Part shown: one piece after another, positions 45,998 through 55,783 of the stretch
Layout of the letters: every line of letters begins with the position of its first letter
Numbering within the stretch: position 1 is the first letter of the stretch
Assembly: GCA_965116475.1 (NCBI GenBank)
Contig: OZ220691.1
Location: 1,952,001-2,016,000 of the forward strand
Direction: 5' to 3'
Length of the DNA: 64,000 nucleotides
Source of the DNA: Gemmatimonadota bacterium
GTDB lineage: Bacteria > Gemmatimonadota > Gemmatimonadetes > Palauibacterales > Palauibacteraceae
Notes under the pieces: generated by a model
What the model saw: only the letters and a program-made list of their open reading frames with translations
Database searches by the model: none
What the model was told of the DNA's origin: nothing
Translations under genes and position numbers: made by a program

Positions 45998-48736
45998 TTA
46001 GTCCCCGGCGTCCGTCCCGTTCTCCGAGAAGGCGAGCGTCCCCTCTTCGAGCGAGCCGTTGGCCAGCGCCGCGGCGAGCGCTTCGTCGAGCGTCTCCACC
46101 AGGTGGAATTCGAGCTGCTCGCACACGTGATCCGGGAGATCCTCCAGGTCGCCCTCGTTGACCGCCGGGAGGATGATCTCGCCGATCCCCGCCCGGGCGG
46201 CGCCGAGCACCTTCTCCTTCACGCCGCCGATCGGCAGCACGCGCCCGGAGAGCGTGATCTCGCCCGTCATCGCGACGTCGTGCCGCACCGGGTGGTCGCC
46301 GAGGGCGCTCACGAGCGCCACCGCCATGGCGATGCCCGCCGACGGCCCTTCCTTCGGGATGGCCCCGGCCGGGACGTGGATGTGGATCTCGTGATCCCGT
46401 AGCCGTTCCTCCGTGAGATCGAGCCCGTTCGCATGGCTGCGCGCGAAGGTGAGGGCGGCCTGCGCGCTCTCCTTCATGACGTCGCCGAGCTGTCCCGTGA
46501 GGACGAGCCCTTCCTTGCCCTTCAGGACCCTCGTCTCGACGAGCATGATGTCGCCGCCCACGGGCGTATAGAACATGCCCGTCGCCACGCCGACCGCGTC
46601 GTCCTCCATCTTTTCGGCGGCATGCACCTTCGGCCGGCCCAGCAGTTCGCGCAGGTCATCCGCGTCCACCGCGGCCTCCGGGGATCCCGTCGCGATCTTC
46701 CGCGCGGACTTCCGGCAGACCGAGCCCAGTTCGCGTTCGAGTTGCCGCACGCCGGCCTCGCGGGTGTAGCGGGTGATGATCGCGCGAATCGCGCCCTCGT
46801 CGACCTCGACCTGCTCCGGGAGCAGGCCGTTCCGCCGCTTCTGCCTGGGAAGGAGGAAGCGGCGCGCGATCTCGAGCTTCTCGGCTTCCGTATAGCCGCG
46901 GAATTCGATCGCCTCCATCCGGTCGCGCAGGGGGCCGGGGATCTGCTCGAACACATTCGCCGTGGCGATGAACAGCACCTGCGAGAGATCGAACGGCACC
47001 CCGAGGTAGTGGTCCACGAACGACTCGTTCTGCGCCGGGTCCAGCACCTCCATGAGGGCCGCCGACGGATCGCCCTGGAAGGACACGCCCAGTTTGTCGA
47101 TCTCATCCAGGAGGAACACGGGGTTCTTCGTTCCCGCCCGCTTCAACCCCTCGATGATGCGGCCGGCCATCGCGCCCACGTACGTGCGCCGGTGTCCGCG
47201 GATGTCCGCCTCGTCCCGCGCCCCGCCCAGCGACACGCGGACGTACTTGCGGCCCATGGCGTCGGCGATGGAACGTGCGATCGAGGTCTTGCCCACGCCC
47301 GGCGGCCCGACGAAGAGGAGCGTCTCCCCCGCGCGGTCGTCTTCATATCCGGGCACAGTGTCGGTCCCGGCCTCGCCCGGGTCGTCCCCCTCGTCCGCTT
47401 CGTCGCTGCCCGCCGCAGCCTCGGTGTCCGCGCCGTCGTCGTCGGTCGCGACGCCCTCGGCCTCGTCGTCTGTCGCGTCGCCGGCGTCATCCTCTGCCTC
47501 GGCGTCTTCCGCCTCGGCGGCCTCCGCTTCGGCCGCTTCCCGAATCCTCGTCTCTTCCTGCAGCTTCCGAACCGCGAGGAAATCGAGGACCCGGTCCTTG
47601 ACGTCCTGAAGCCCGTAGTGATCCCGTTCCAGGATCTCTTCGGCGCGGCCGATGTCCAGCTGTTCCTCGGTCGTATCGGACCAGGGGAGGTCCGCGACGA
47701 TCTCCAGGTACGTCCGCACGACCTGGGCCTCCGCCGACTCGCGCGGGATGCGCTCGAGGCGCCGAAGCTCGCGGTCGACTTCCTGGCGCGCCTCCTCCGG
47801 CAACTCGAGCGCCTCGATGCGCTCACGGAGGTCGTTCGCCTCCTGGGAGTCGATGTCCTCGCCCAGCTCCTTCTGGATCGCCTTCATCTGCTCGCGCAGG
47901 AAGATCTCGCGCTGCCTCTCCCCCAACTCCTCCTGCACCTGCTCGCGGATCTCCTCCTGGGCCTCGAGCAGCCCGATCTGCTTCTGCAGGTGCACGAGAA
48001 GCGAGCGCAGCCGCGCCTCGACGGAGAGGGTCTCGAGGAGTTCCTGCTTCTGCTCGACCTCGAGCTCGGTGTAGAAGGCGACGAGATCGGCGAGTTCCCC
48101 GGGCGTCGACACCCCGCCCAGCAGATGGTCGACGATTTCCTTCGGGACGCCGCGCAGGCGGCTGACTTCCGCGGATCTCTCGTGGACCTCCTTGTAGAGC
48201 GCCGCGAAGGCCCGCTCGTCCGGGTCGAGCGGATCCATGTCGTCCATGTCTCGCGCGACGACCTCGAGGTATCCGTCGCGCTCGGTGTATTCGAGGGCGG
48301 CGGCACGGGCATCGCCCTGGATGACCATCTGGATGCCGCCGGGCACCTTCTGCATCTGCGCGATCCGGCACACGGTCCCGATACGGTACAGGTGCTCCGG
48401 GTCCGGCCGCTCGATTTCGGCATCGAGCTGGGCGACCGCGAACAGCAGCTTGTCGCCCGCGATGGCCCGGTCGATGGCCTTCATGGTTTTGTCCCGACCC
48501 GCGGCGATCGGCGCCGCCACGGCGGGGAACACGACCGTGCCCCGGAGGGGGAGCACGGGCAGCCGCAAGCGCTTCGACTCGGTCCGGTCCGCGGGCTCCG
48601 TCCCCTCGGCGGCAGCCGTGTCCTCGGCGCCCTCCACCTCGTCGCCGTCCACCTCGGCGACCGTCATCTCAAGCAGGACGCCGCCGTTTTCCGGCAGCGC
48701 CTCCGCCTGATCCTTGCGTCCGTTTTCTTCGCTCAT
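45998..48736 (-). CDS. lon: ATP-dependent Lon protease
   Basis: LPVLPLR, DHYGL, GPPGVGKT, RGHRRTYVGA, LLDEIDK, PKEGPSAG, IGGVKEK. Confidence 0.96.
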   Translation of the reverse strand: MSEENGRKDQAEALPENGGVLLEMTVAEVDGDEVEGAEDTAAAEGTEPADRTESKRLRLPVLPLRGTVVFPAVAAPIAAGRDKTMKAIDRAIAGDKLLFAVAQLDAEIERPDPEHLYRIGTVCRIAQMQKVPGGIQMVIQGDARAAALEYTERDGYLEVVARDMDDMDPLDPDERAFAALYKEVHERSAEVSRLRGVPKEIVDHLLGGVSTPGELADLVAFYTELEVEQKQELLETLSVEARLRSLLVHLQKQIGLLEAQEEIREQVQEELGERQREIFLREQMKAIQKELGEDIDSQEANDLRERIEALELPEEARQEVDRELRRLERIPRESAEAQVVRTYLEIVADLPWSDTTEEQLDIGRAEEILERDHYGLQDVKDRVLDFLAVRKLQEETRIREAAEAEAAEAEDAEAEDDAGDATDDEAEGVATDDDGADTEAAAGSDEADEGDDPGEAGTDTVPGYEDDRAGETLLFVGPPGVGKTSIARSIADAMGRKYVRVSLGGARDEADIRGHRRTYVGAMAGRIIEGLKRAGTKNPVFLLDEIDKLGVSFQGDPSAALMEVLDPAQNESFVDHYLGVPFDLSQVLFIATANVFEQIPGPLRDRMEAIEFRGYTEAEKLEIARRFLLPRQKRRNGLLPEQVEVDEGAIRAIITRYTREAGVRQLERELGSVCRKSARKIATGSPEAAVDADDLRELLGRPKVHAAEKMEDDAVGVATGMFYTPVGGDIMLVETRVLKGKEGLVLTGQLGDVMKESAQAALTFARSHANGLDLTEERLRDHEIHIHVPAGAIPKEGPSAGIAMAVALVSALGDHPVRHDVAMTGEITLSGRVLPIGGVKEKVLGAARAGIGEIILPAVNEGDLEDLPDHVCEQLEFHLVETLDEALAAALANGSLEEGTLAFSENGTDAGD

Positions 48737-48980
48737 ACTCGCGTAGCTTCTATGTTCTCGCGCGACACGCGCGCGTCAGTCGGATTCGCGTCCTGCGGTG
48801 CAGGTTTCGGGCCCGAAGGTCTCGCCCCGGGGCTCCCCACATCCGCCGATCTGGCGCAATGACGCTCGTAGAGGTCTGCCGCCGCGGGCGGTGTGCGTCA
48901 AGACGGCAGCCGGCCGCGCTCGCCCGGCACCCCGGCGGCGCTTGCTTGGCAGCCGCACGGTATCTTGCCATCTTGAGGGC

Positions 48981-50228
48981 ATGGCGAAACAGACATTGAG
49001 TACGGGCGGCCGCAAGACGTCGACCGCGGAGGAACGCTATTACCGGCGCGGGCTGGGTCTGAAGAAGGAGATCCAGCCGGTGATCGATTTCGAGTACGGG
49101 AGCGCCATCGTCTCCCTCATCAGGGAGCGGGACTTCGAGCTCCAGGCCGGGCGCATCCTCCTGCGCCTCGCGAAGAGTTCCGGTTTCTGCTACGGCGTGG
49201 ACCGTGCGGTCGACTACGCGTACGAGTCGCGCCGCAAGTTCCCGGATCGGCGGATCCTGCTCGTGGGCGAGATCATCCACAACCCGCATGTGAACCGCCG
49301 GCTCCGGGAGATGGAGATCGAGTTCCTCTATCCTTCCGACGACGGGGAGTTCGACTTCAGCGGCGTCACCGTCGACGATGTCGTGATCATCCCGGCCTTC
49401 GGCGTGACGCTGCATGATTTCGAGGCGTTGCGGGCCCTCGACTGCATTCTCGTCGACACGACGTGCGGCTCGGTGCTCAACGTGTGGAAGCGGGTGGAGG
49501 GCTACGCCCGCGACGGTTTCACCTCGATCATCCACGGCAAGCACTGGCACGAGGAGACCCGGGCGACCAGTTCGCAGGTGCTGAAGCACGAGAACGGGAA
49601 GTTCCTCATCGTTCGCGACATGGAGCAGGCTCAACTCGTGTGCTCGTACATCCGCGGCGAAGGGGAGCGCGATTCCTTCATGCGGACGTTCGCGGAGTCG
49701 GTGTCCGAAGGGTTCGATCCCGACCTCCACCTGGAGAAGGTCGGCGTCGCCAACCAGACGACGATGCTGGCTTCGGAGTCGCTGGCGATCGCGGCGAAAC
49801 TCGGCGAGGCGGTCGCCGACCGATGGGGCGCGGAGGAGCTGCCGGACCGGTTCCGCAGCTTCGACACGATCTGCTCGGCGACCCAGAAGCGGCAGGACGC
49901 CGTCAAGGACATGATGGAGGATCCGCCGGACCTCATGGTCGTGATCGGGGGCTACAACTCCTCGAACACGAACCAGCTCGCGTACCTCTGCGGACTGTAC
50001 ACGACGACGTACCACATCGAGGATGCCGCCTGCATCGACACCGTGCGCGGGCGCATCACTCACAAACCGCTGGGGACCGCCGAGACGGTGACGGAGGGCG
50101 CCTGGCTGCCGGACGGGAACATCAGCATCGGCATCACGGCGGGCGCCTCCACGCCGAACTCGAAGCTCGGCGAGGCGGTGGAGCGCATCCTGCGGGGCGT
50201 GGGCTACGACCCTTCCCGCCTCCTGTAG
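48981..50228 (+). CDS. ispH: 4-hydroxy-3-methylbut-2-enyl diphosphate reductase
   Basis: GFCYGVDRA, IIHNP, DTTC, NQTT, DTICSAT, GGYNSSNT, TAGASTP. Confidence 0.95.
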   Translation: MAKQTLSTGGRKTSTAEERYYRRGLGLKKEIQPVIDFEYGSAIVSLIRERDFELQAGRILLRLAKSSGFCYGVDRAVDYAYESRRKFPDRRILLVGEIIHNPHVNRRLREMEIEFLYPSDDGEFDFSGVTVDDVVIIPAFGVTLHDFEALRALDCILVDTTCGSVLNVWKRVEGYARDGFTSIIHGKHWHEETRATSSQVLKHENGKFLIVRDMEQAQLVCSYIRGEGERDSFMRTFAESVSEGFDPDLHLEKVGVANQTTMLASESLAIAAKLGEAVADRWGAEELPDRFRSFDTICSATQKRQDAVKDMMEDPPDLMVVIGGYNSSNTNQLAYLCGLYTTTYHIEDAACIDTVRGRITHKPLGTAETVTEGAWLPDGNISIGITAGASTPNSKLGEAVERILRGVGYDPSRLL

Positions 50229-50280
50229 CGCACGGGAACACCCCGCGTCGGCGCCGGGGGCGGCGAAGCGCTCGGGCTCC

Positions 50281-50913
50281 TCAGTCGCCGGCGAGCGCCG
50301 CCCGGAAACGGGCCTGCAGCAGAACGCCGTCCCGCGGCGGATATGAGCCCGCTTCCGCGCTGAGCGCGACCTTCGCGACGCACAGCACCGGGCCTTCCTC
50401 CTCGAACAGGGTTCCCGCGAGCGCGTCGAAATCCGTCCCTTCGGCCCCGTCGTCGGACCCGTCGTCGGCCCCGTCGTCGGCCCCGCCGCCGACCGTGAAG
50501 GCCGTCTCGATGCCGGCCCCGCGCGCCATCGCGGCGATGTCCGTGCTCTTCCCCGTGAGCCCCGCCTGACGTCCGGTCTCGCCGAACGCCTCGTTGTCGA
50601 GTACGAGGAGGGCGAGGTTGGAGGGGGCCTGGGCCGCGATCGTGGCGAGGCTCCCCACCCCCATCAGTAGCTCGGCGTCGCCGGTGACCACCAGCACCCG
50701 GCGCGCCGGCCGCGCGAGCGCGACGCCGAGCCCCAGCATCGCCGCCCCGCCCATCGCGCCCCAGAAGTAGAAGTTGAGCGGCGAGTCGCCCACCGCGTGA
50801 CAATCCCACGCCGGAGAACCGAGTCCCGCGACCACGGCCGCATCGCCGCGCCGGTCCAGGATCCCTGCGACGAGGGCGCGCCGGTCCAGCCGGTCCAGCT
50901 TCGCGTCCCCCAT
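50281..50913 (-). CDS. TPP-dependent decarboxylase beta subunit (sulfopyruvate/phosphonopyruvate decarboxylase-like)
   Basis: WGAMG, TGDAELLM...LDNE TPP-binding motif; TGATG coupling. Confidence 0.85.
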   Translation of the reverse strand: MGDAKLDRLDRRALVAGILDRRGDAAVVAGLGSPAWDCHAVGDSPLNFYFWGAMGGAAMLGLGVALARPARRVLVVTGDAELLMGVGSLATIAAQAPSNLALLVLDNEAFGETGRQAGLTGKSTDIAAMARGAGIETAFTVGGGADDGADDGSDDGAEGTDFDALAGTLFEEEGPVLCVAKVALSAEAGSYPPRDGVLLQARFRAALAGD

Positions 50914-51551
50914 CAGTCCCCGCTCACGAACGACTTGGCGCCGATGATGTGCTGGCCGACGAGCACCGCGGCGGGGCGGCCCGTCCCCCGCGCCCGCGCG
51001 GCGGCTTCCGCGAACGCCGGCGCCACCCCGGAGGCGGAGTCCGGGCGGAACACGTCCACTCCGAGCGCTGCGAGGAGGTCGGGGACGGCGCGCCCCATCG
51101 GGACCTGCCACGGGTTCCGCTCCTCGGCTTCGCCGCGCATGGACACGAGGAGGAGGCACGGAATCCGGCACACGTTCGGGAGCCCGAGCATGTTCACGAT
51201 GTTGCCGACCCCGCTCGACTGGAGGGCGACGGCCGCGAGTTCGCCGCCGAGCCACGTTCCGCAAGCGAGGGCGATCCCCTCCTCCTCCGTCGTGAGCGTG
51301 ATGAGCCGGATCCCGGGGTCGGCCTCGCACAGTTCGAGGAACCTCCCGAGCCCTGCGTCCGGTACCGTGGCGACGTGACGGATGCCGAGCCCCGGGAGCG
51401 ACCGGAAGACCTGCTCTCCCCAATCGGCGCCGTCGGAGCCGGCGGAGCCATCCGAGCCGTCGGCGCCGTCCGAGCCACCGGCGCCGTCCGAGCCGTCCGA
51501 GCCACCGGAGTCTCGGCGCGACGGGATGTGCGGGCCGTCCACTGTGCTCAA
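50913..51551 (-). CDS. TPP-dependent decarboxylase alpha subunit (ComD-like) with N-terminal GSD repeats
   Basis: VPDAG, TTEEEG, QSSGVGN, MRG...NPWQVPMG. TTG start uncertain. Confidence 0.85.
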   Translation of the reverse strand: MSTVDGPHIPSRRDSGGSDGSDGAGGSDGADGSDGSAGSDGADWGEQVFRSLPGLGIRHVATVPDAGLGRFLELCEADPGIRLITLTTEEEGIALACGTWLGGELAAVALQSSGVGNIVNMLGLPNVCRIPCLLLVSMRGEAEERNPWQVPMGRAVPDLLAALGVDVFRPDSASGVAPAFAEAAARARGTGRPAAVLVGQHIIGAKSFVSGD

Positions 51552-51710
51552 CGCTCCACCTCGATCCGGGCTGGGGATTCGCGTCCCGCGTTCCTTCCGG
51601 CGGGGAATATGCCGCCCCGTTCCGCCCGGAGCCATCGCGGCGCCCGCCGACAACCCGTACCCTCCGTCCCATCCCCTCGATCAACGAGACCCGGACGGAA
51701 ACCGGCCCAC

Positions 51711-52874
51711 GTGTTCACGAGTTCCGAAGACGGCTACGAGGCGATCCGCGAGGGCGTTCGCGGCCTGTGCGAGCGCTTTCCGGGAGAGTACTGGCGGGAC
51801 CGGGACCGCGAGAGCGCCTACCCGACGGCGTTCATCGAGGCGCTGACCGAGGCGGGATATCTCGCGGCGCTCATCCCCGAGGAATACGGGGGCGCCGGAC
51901 TCGACCTCAAGGCGGCGTGCGTCATCCTCGAGATGATCCAGCGCACCGGGTGCAACGGCGCCGCCTGCCACGCCCAGATGTACATCATGGGCACCCTGCT
52001 CAGGCATGGCGGCGAGGCGCAGAAGCGGCGCTACCTGCCCCGGATCGCGGCGGGCGAGTTGCGTCTGCAGGCCTTCGGCGTGAGCGAGCCGACCTGCGGC
52101 ACGGACACGACCCGGATCGCGACGACGGCCGAGCGGGACGGCGACGCCTATGTGATCCACGGGCAGAAGACCTGGATCTCCCGCTCCGAGCACTCCGATC
52201 TCATGCTCCTGCTCGCGCGCACGACGCCTCGCGAGGAGAGCGCCAAGCCCACGGAGGGGATGTCCGTCTTCCTCGTCGACCTGCGGGACGCCGTCGGGGA
52301 GTCCGTCACGATCCGGCCCATAGAGACGATGATCAACCACTCCACCACCGAGGTGTTCTTCGACGGATTGCGCGTGCCGGCGGCGAACCTCATCGGCAAG
52401 GAGGGGAAGGGGTTCCGCTACATCCTCGATGGACTGAACGCCGAGCGCGTGCTCATCGCGGCCGAGTGCGTGGGGGACGCCCGCTTCTTCGTGGAGCACG
52501 CCGCGGAATACGCCAGGGACCGCGAAGTGTTCGGACGCCCCATCGGGCAGAACCAGGGCATCCAGTTTCCCATCGCCGAAGCCCACATGAAGACGGAGGC
52601 GGCGGCGCTCATGGTCGAGCGGGCCGCTTCGCTGTTCGACGAGGGGGCGCCGTGCGGCGCCGAGGCGAACATGGCCAAGTACCTCGCGGCGGACGCCTCG
52701 TGGGCCGCGGCCGACATGTGCATGCAGACCTACGGGGGCTTCGCCTTCTCCACCGAGTACGACATCGAACGCAAGTTTCGCGAGACGCGGCTGTACCAGG
52801 TGGCGCCGATCTCCACGAACCTGATCCTGTCTCATGTGGCGACCCACGTCCTGGGTCTCCCGAAGTCGTTCTGA
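51711..52874 (+). CDS. Acyl-CoA dehydrogenase
   Basis: IPEEYGG, QAFGVSEP, GQKTWISR, LNAER, FGRPIGQNQG, YGGFAF. Confidence 0.93.
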   Translation: MFTSSEDGYEAIREGVRGLCERFPGEYWRDRDRESAYPTAFIEALTEAGYLAALIPEEYGGAGLDLKAACVILEMIQRTGCNGAACHAQMYIMGTLLRHGGEAQKRRYLPRIAAGELRLQAFGVSEPTCGTDTTRIATTAERDGDAYVIHGQKTWISRSEHSDLMLLLARTTPREESAKPTEGMSVFLVDLRDAVGESVTIRPIETMINHSTTEVFFDGLRVPAANLIGKEGKGFRYILDGLNAERVLIAAECVGDARFFVEHAAEYARDREVFGRPIGQNQGIQFPIAEAHMKTEAAALMVERAASLFDEGAPCGAEANMAKYLAADASWAAADMCMQTYGGFAFSTEYDIERKFRETRLYQVAPISTNLILSHVATHVLGLPKSF

Positions 52875-52905
52875 AAGCGGGAGGATCGGCGATGACGGAG
52901 GATCG

Positions 52906-53757
52906 GTGATACCCGAAGGATCGGCGATGGACGGCGAGGCGCGCGGCGTCGGGCGCAGCGAGGAGGTGGTGGACCGGGCCTCCGCCACGCTTGCGAGCGC
53001 CATGCTGGCCACGCTGGACCGGGACCCGTCCGCACTGGGCGATGGAGACCCGCTCCCGCCGCTGTTCCACTGGATGTACTGCCGGGAACTGGCGCCGGGC
53101 AGCCAGCTCGATGTCGACGGCCACCAGAAGCGCGGCGACTTCCTGCCGGCGCTGCCGTTCTCGCGCCGCATGTGGGCCGGCGGCCGCCTGAAATTCGATG
53201 GGGCCGTCCGGGTGGGGGACGTGCTCCGCCGCCGCTCGACGGTCGTGTCGGTCACGCCCAAGACCGGGCGCAGCGGCCCGCTCGTCCTCGTCACGGTCGA
53301 GCACCGGATCTCGGGGAGCGACGGGGAGATCGTCGAGGAGCAGGACCTGGTCTTCCTCGAGCGGCCCACCGAGCCGCTGGTGCTGCCCGACGTTTCGGCC
53401 CCGCACGACGAGATGGAGTGGTCGGAGTCCGTGACGCCGAACGCCGCCATGCTGTTCCGGTTCTCCGCGCTCACCTTCAACGCGCACCGCATCCACTACG
53501 ACCGGAGCTACGCGCGCGATGTCGAGATGTATCCCGATCTCGTCGTGCACGGCCCGCTCGCGGCGCTGCTCCTCGCCGATCTCGCGGTCCGGCGCTCCGG
53601 ACGGCCGCTCCGGACGCTGACCTTCCGGGCCCGCCGCCCGATGTTCGTCGACCGGACGATCGCCCTTCAGGGATGGCGGTCGGGTAACGTCGTCGGTCTG
53701 AGGGCGCTCGACGAAACGGGTGCCCTCGCGATGTCCGCCCGCGCCGGCTTGGCCTGA
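52906..53757 (+). CDS. Double hot-dog hydratase (itaconyl-/mesaconyl-CoA hydratase-like)
   Basis: DGH..RGDFLP, RRMWAGG, LFRFSALTFNAHRIHYD, VVHGPL. Alternative ATG 52927. Confidence 0.88.
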   Translation: MIPEGSAMDGEARGVGRSEEVVDRASATLASAMLATLDRDPSALGDGDPLPPLFHWMYCRELAPGSQLDVDGHQKRGDFLPALPFSRRMWAGGRLKFDGAVRVGDVLRRRSTVVSVTPKTGRSGPLVLVTVEHRISGSDGEIVEEQDLVFLERPTEPLVLPDVSAPHDEMEWSESVTPNAAMLFRFSALTFNAHRIHYDRSYARDVEMYPDLVVHGPLAALLLADLAVRRSGRPLRTLTFRARRPMFVDRTIALQGWRSGNVVGLRALDETGALAMSARAGLA

Positions 53758-53790
53758 TCGCCTGAGCTTCCCGCTCCTGCGGGGCGTTTC

Positions 53791-54183
53791 CTACCCCTGC
53801 AGGGCGTCTTGAAGGACGACGATCCCGATTGCCGCGACCAGCACGCCGCCGACCCGCCACAGACCGGCGCCCATCCGGAGTCCCGTCTCCATCCCCTTGA
53901 GGGCGACCCCGGGCAGCAGGGCGTAGCACGCGCCCTTCGCCAGCGCCAGCCAGCCGTAGACGGTGAGGATCGTCGGCACGCCGCCCCACACGTTGTGGAA
54001 GGCGACGATGAAGGATCCGATCGCCATGGCGAGGAACGCGACCGTCAGGCTGCCGGCCGTCCCCTTCGACTGCAGGTGCTCCAGGAACGCCTTCCAGGCA
54101 TCCGGCCGGAGGAGGTACGAGACCCCCAAGACGATGAGGTTGATCGACACGAACACTTCCACTGCCCGCGTGAGGTCTTCCAT
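53791..54183 (-). CDS. Small 4-TM membrane protein
   Basis: SD AAGGAGG; four hydrophobic segments; FHNVW...YGW motif. Confidence 0.8.
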   Translation of the reverse strand: MEDLTRAVEVFVSINLIVLGVSYLLRPDAWKAFLEHLQSKGTAGSLTVAFLAMAIGSFIVAFHNVWGGVPTILTVYGWLALAKGACYALLPGVALKGMETGLRMGAGLWRVGGVLVAAIGIVVLQDALQG

Positions 54184-54260
54184 CCGTTTCCTCCTTCTCA
54201 GCTACGGGCCAAACGCTCGACCGGTCCCGGCCGTACGTCCTTTACTTTGCCGCTTTACCT

Positions 54261-55508
54261 TCAGAACTCGGCCAGCGCCGCCACGGCGCGTTCGTTGTCC
54301 TCGATCGTGTTGTAGAAGTGGGGGGAGAATCGAACGAGAGGTCCGCGATGGTCGACAACTACGTCGCGCGCGGCCAGGTGACGCACGGCGGCGGCCGCAT
54401 CGCGCGGGTGCTCGACGAGGACGAGGGCGGATCGGGCCGCCGGATCGGAGGCCTGGTGGAGCCTGTAGCCGAGATCCGACAACCTCTCCCGCAAGTCATT
54501 CGCCAGGAGTCGGTTACGCTGTTGAATGGCCGGGATCCCGTACTCGAGGACGATGGATAGCCCTCCCGCGGCCGTGTAGGCCACCCCCGCGGCGGGGGTC
54601 CCCAGTTCGAAGCGCCTGGCGTCCGCCCGAGGCGTCGCATCGCGAATGTCGAAAAGGAACTGGTTTTCAACACCGAACCACGAGAGGGTGACCGGATCGA
54701 TAGAAATCCCTGGGTTCACATGGAGATAGGCCATCCCCGGACCACCGCACAGCCACTTGAGCGCACCGCCGACGAGGAAGTCCACCCCCAGCGCTCCCGC
54801 GTCGATCGCGAGTTGTCCATTTGACTGATAAGCGTCCAATAGCATGAACGCCCCGCTGTCGTGCGCGATCCGGGTGAGTTCCGCCGCGTCCTGCGTGTTG
54901 CCGCTCGTGAAGAAGACGTGGGACGTCGCGAGCAGCGCGGTGCGTTCGTCCACGGCGGCGCGGATCGATTCGAGGGGGACGTGAATCCCGTCGGGACTCG
55001 GCACGATCTCCACTTCGAGATCGTTCGCCCGCTGCGACAGGAAATGGTGACCCACCGTCGGGAAGTCGAGTTCCGTGAGCACGACCTTGTTGCGGCCCGT
55101 GCCCCGAACGCTGGCCGCGATGGCCCCCCACACGACGGAGACGGCCGCGGAAACGCTCGACATGAGCGCGATCGTGTCCGCCTCGGCTTCAATGGTGCGC
55201 CCGAACTGAGCCCGGACTTCCTCGAGCTTGGCGACCCAGATCTCATACCAGGCGGCCGCGCCCATGTCGTGCCACAGCTCCTCGAAGCGCCGGCGCTCCT
55301 CCACGGAACGGAGAGAGAGCGCGCCGAGCGAGTTGGAGTTGAGGTAGGTCTTGCGGGAGAGGATCGGGAACTGGCCCCGCAACTCGTCGATGCGATCGTC
55401 GAGCGGCAGCGCCGGCTCCGCGACCCCGCCCGCCGCAGCCGGAGTGGCCGATCCCGCGGCGGCCGGACTGGCCGATCCGGACTCGGCCGGAATATCGTGT
55501 TTCGCCAT
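54261..55508 (-). CDS. Aminotransferase class V (kynureninase-like)
   Basis: YLNSNSLG, DFPT, SHVFF, DAYQS, GALKWLCGGPG, RFSPHFYN. Start uncertain. Confidence 0.9.
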   Translation of the reverse strand: MAKHDIPAESGSASPAAAGSATPAAAGGVAEPALPLDDRIDELRGQFPILSRKTYLNSNSLGALSLRSVEERRRFEELWHDMGAAAWYEIWVAKLEEVRAQFGRTIEAEADTIALMSSVSAAVSVVWGAIAASVRGTGRNKVVLTELDFPTVGHHFLSQRANDLEVEIVPSPDGIHVPLESIRAAVDERTALLATSHVFFTSGNTQDAAELTRIAHDSGAFMLLDAYQSNGQLAIDAGALGVDFLVGGALKWLCGGPGMAYLHVNPGISIDPVTLSWFGVENQFLFDIRDATPRADARRFELGTPAAGVAYTAAGGLSIVLEYGIPAIQQRNRLLANDLRERLSDLGYRLHQASDPAARSALVLVEHPRDAAAAVRHLAARDVVVDHRGPLVRFSPHFYNTIEDNERAVAALAEF

Positions 55509-55755
55509 GGATGATCCGTTGCCCTCGGCCCCGAAGAAGGGGCCGCTTCTCGACTTCGAGGCAGGTCAGACGCTCGAACGGCGCGACCGCAAGCATGCCG
55601 GTCCCGGCGGCGAGCCGGACTGCCCCCGGTGCGAAGCCCGCATGGTGCGCTGTGTCGAGCAGCACCGGGCGCCCCGCTCCGACGACTCGCCGTTCCGGGT
55701 GCGACTCGCGTGCCCGGCGACCGACTGCGGCGCGTGGACAACCTACAATTGGTAG
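55507..55755 (+). CDS. Small zinc-ribbon-like protein (82 aa)
   Basis: CPRC...CPATDC motif, ends YNW; fills the gap between flanking genes; TATCGT 8 nt upstream suggests a leaderless transcript. Confidence 0.7.
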   Translation: MDDPLPSAPKKGPLLDFEAGQTLERRDRKHAGPGGEPDCPRCEARMVRCVEQHRAPRSDDSPFRVRLACPATDCGAWTTYNW

Positions 55756-55783
55756 AAGACGTCCACCCCCGACAACCCGCCCG

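Noticed and set aside
50281..51551. Phosphonate biosynthesis cluster
   Set aside because: No PEP mutase or other phosphonate genes in the window; the decarboxylase alone is insufficient.
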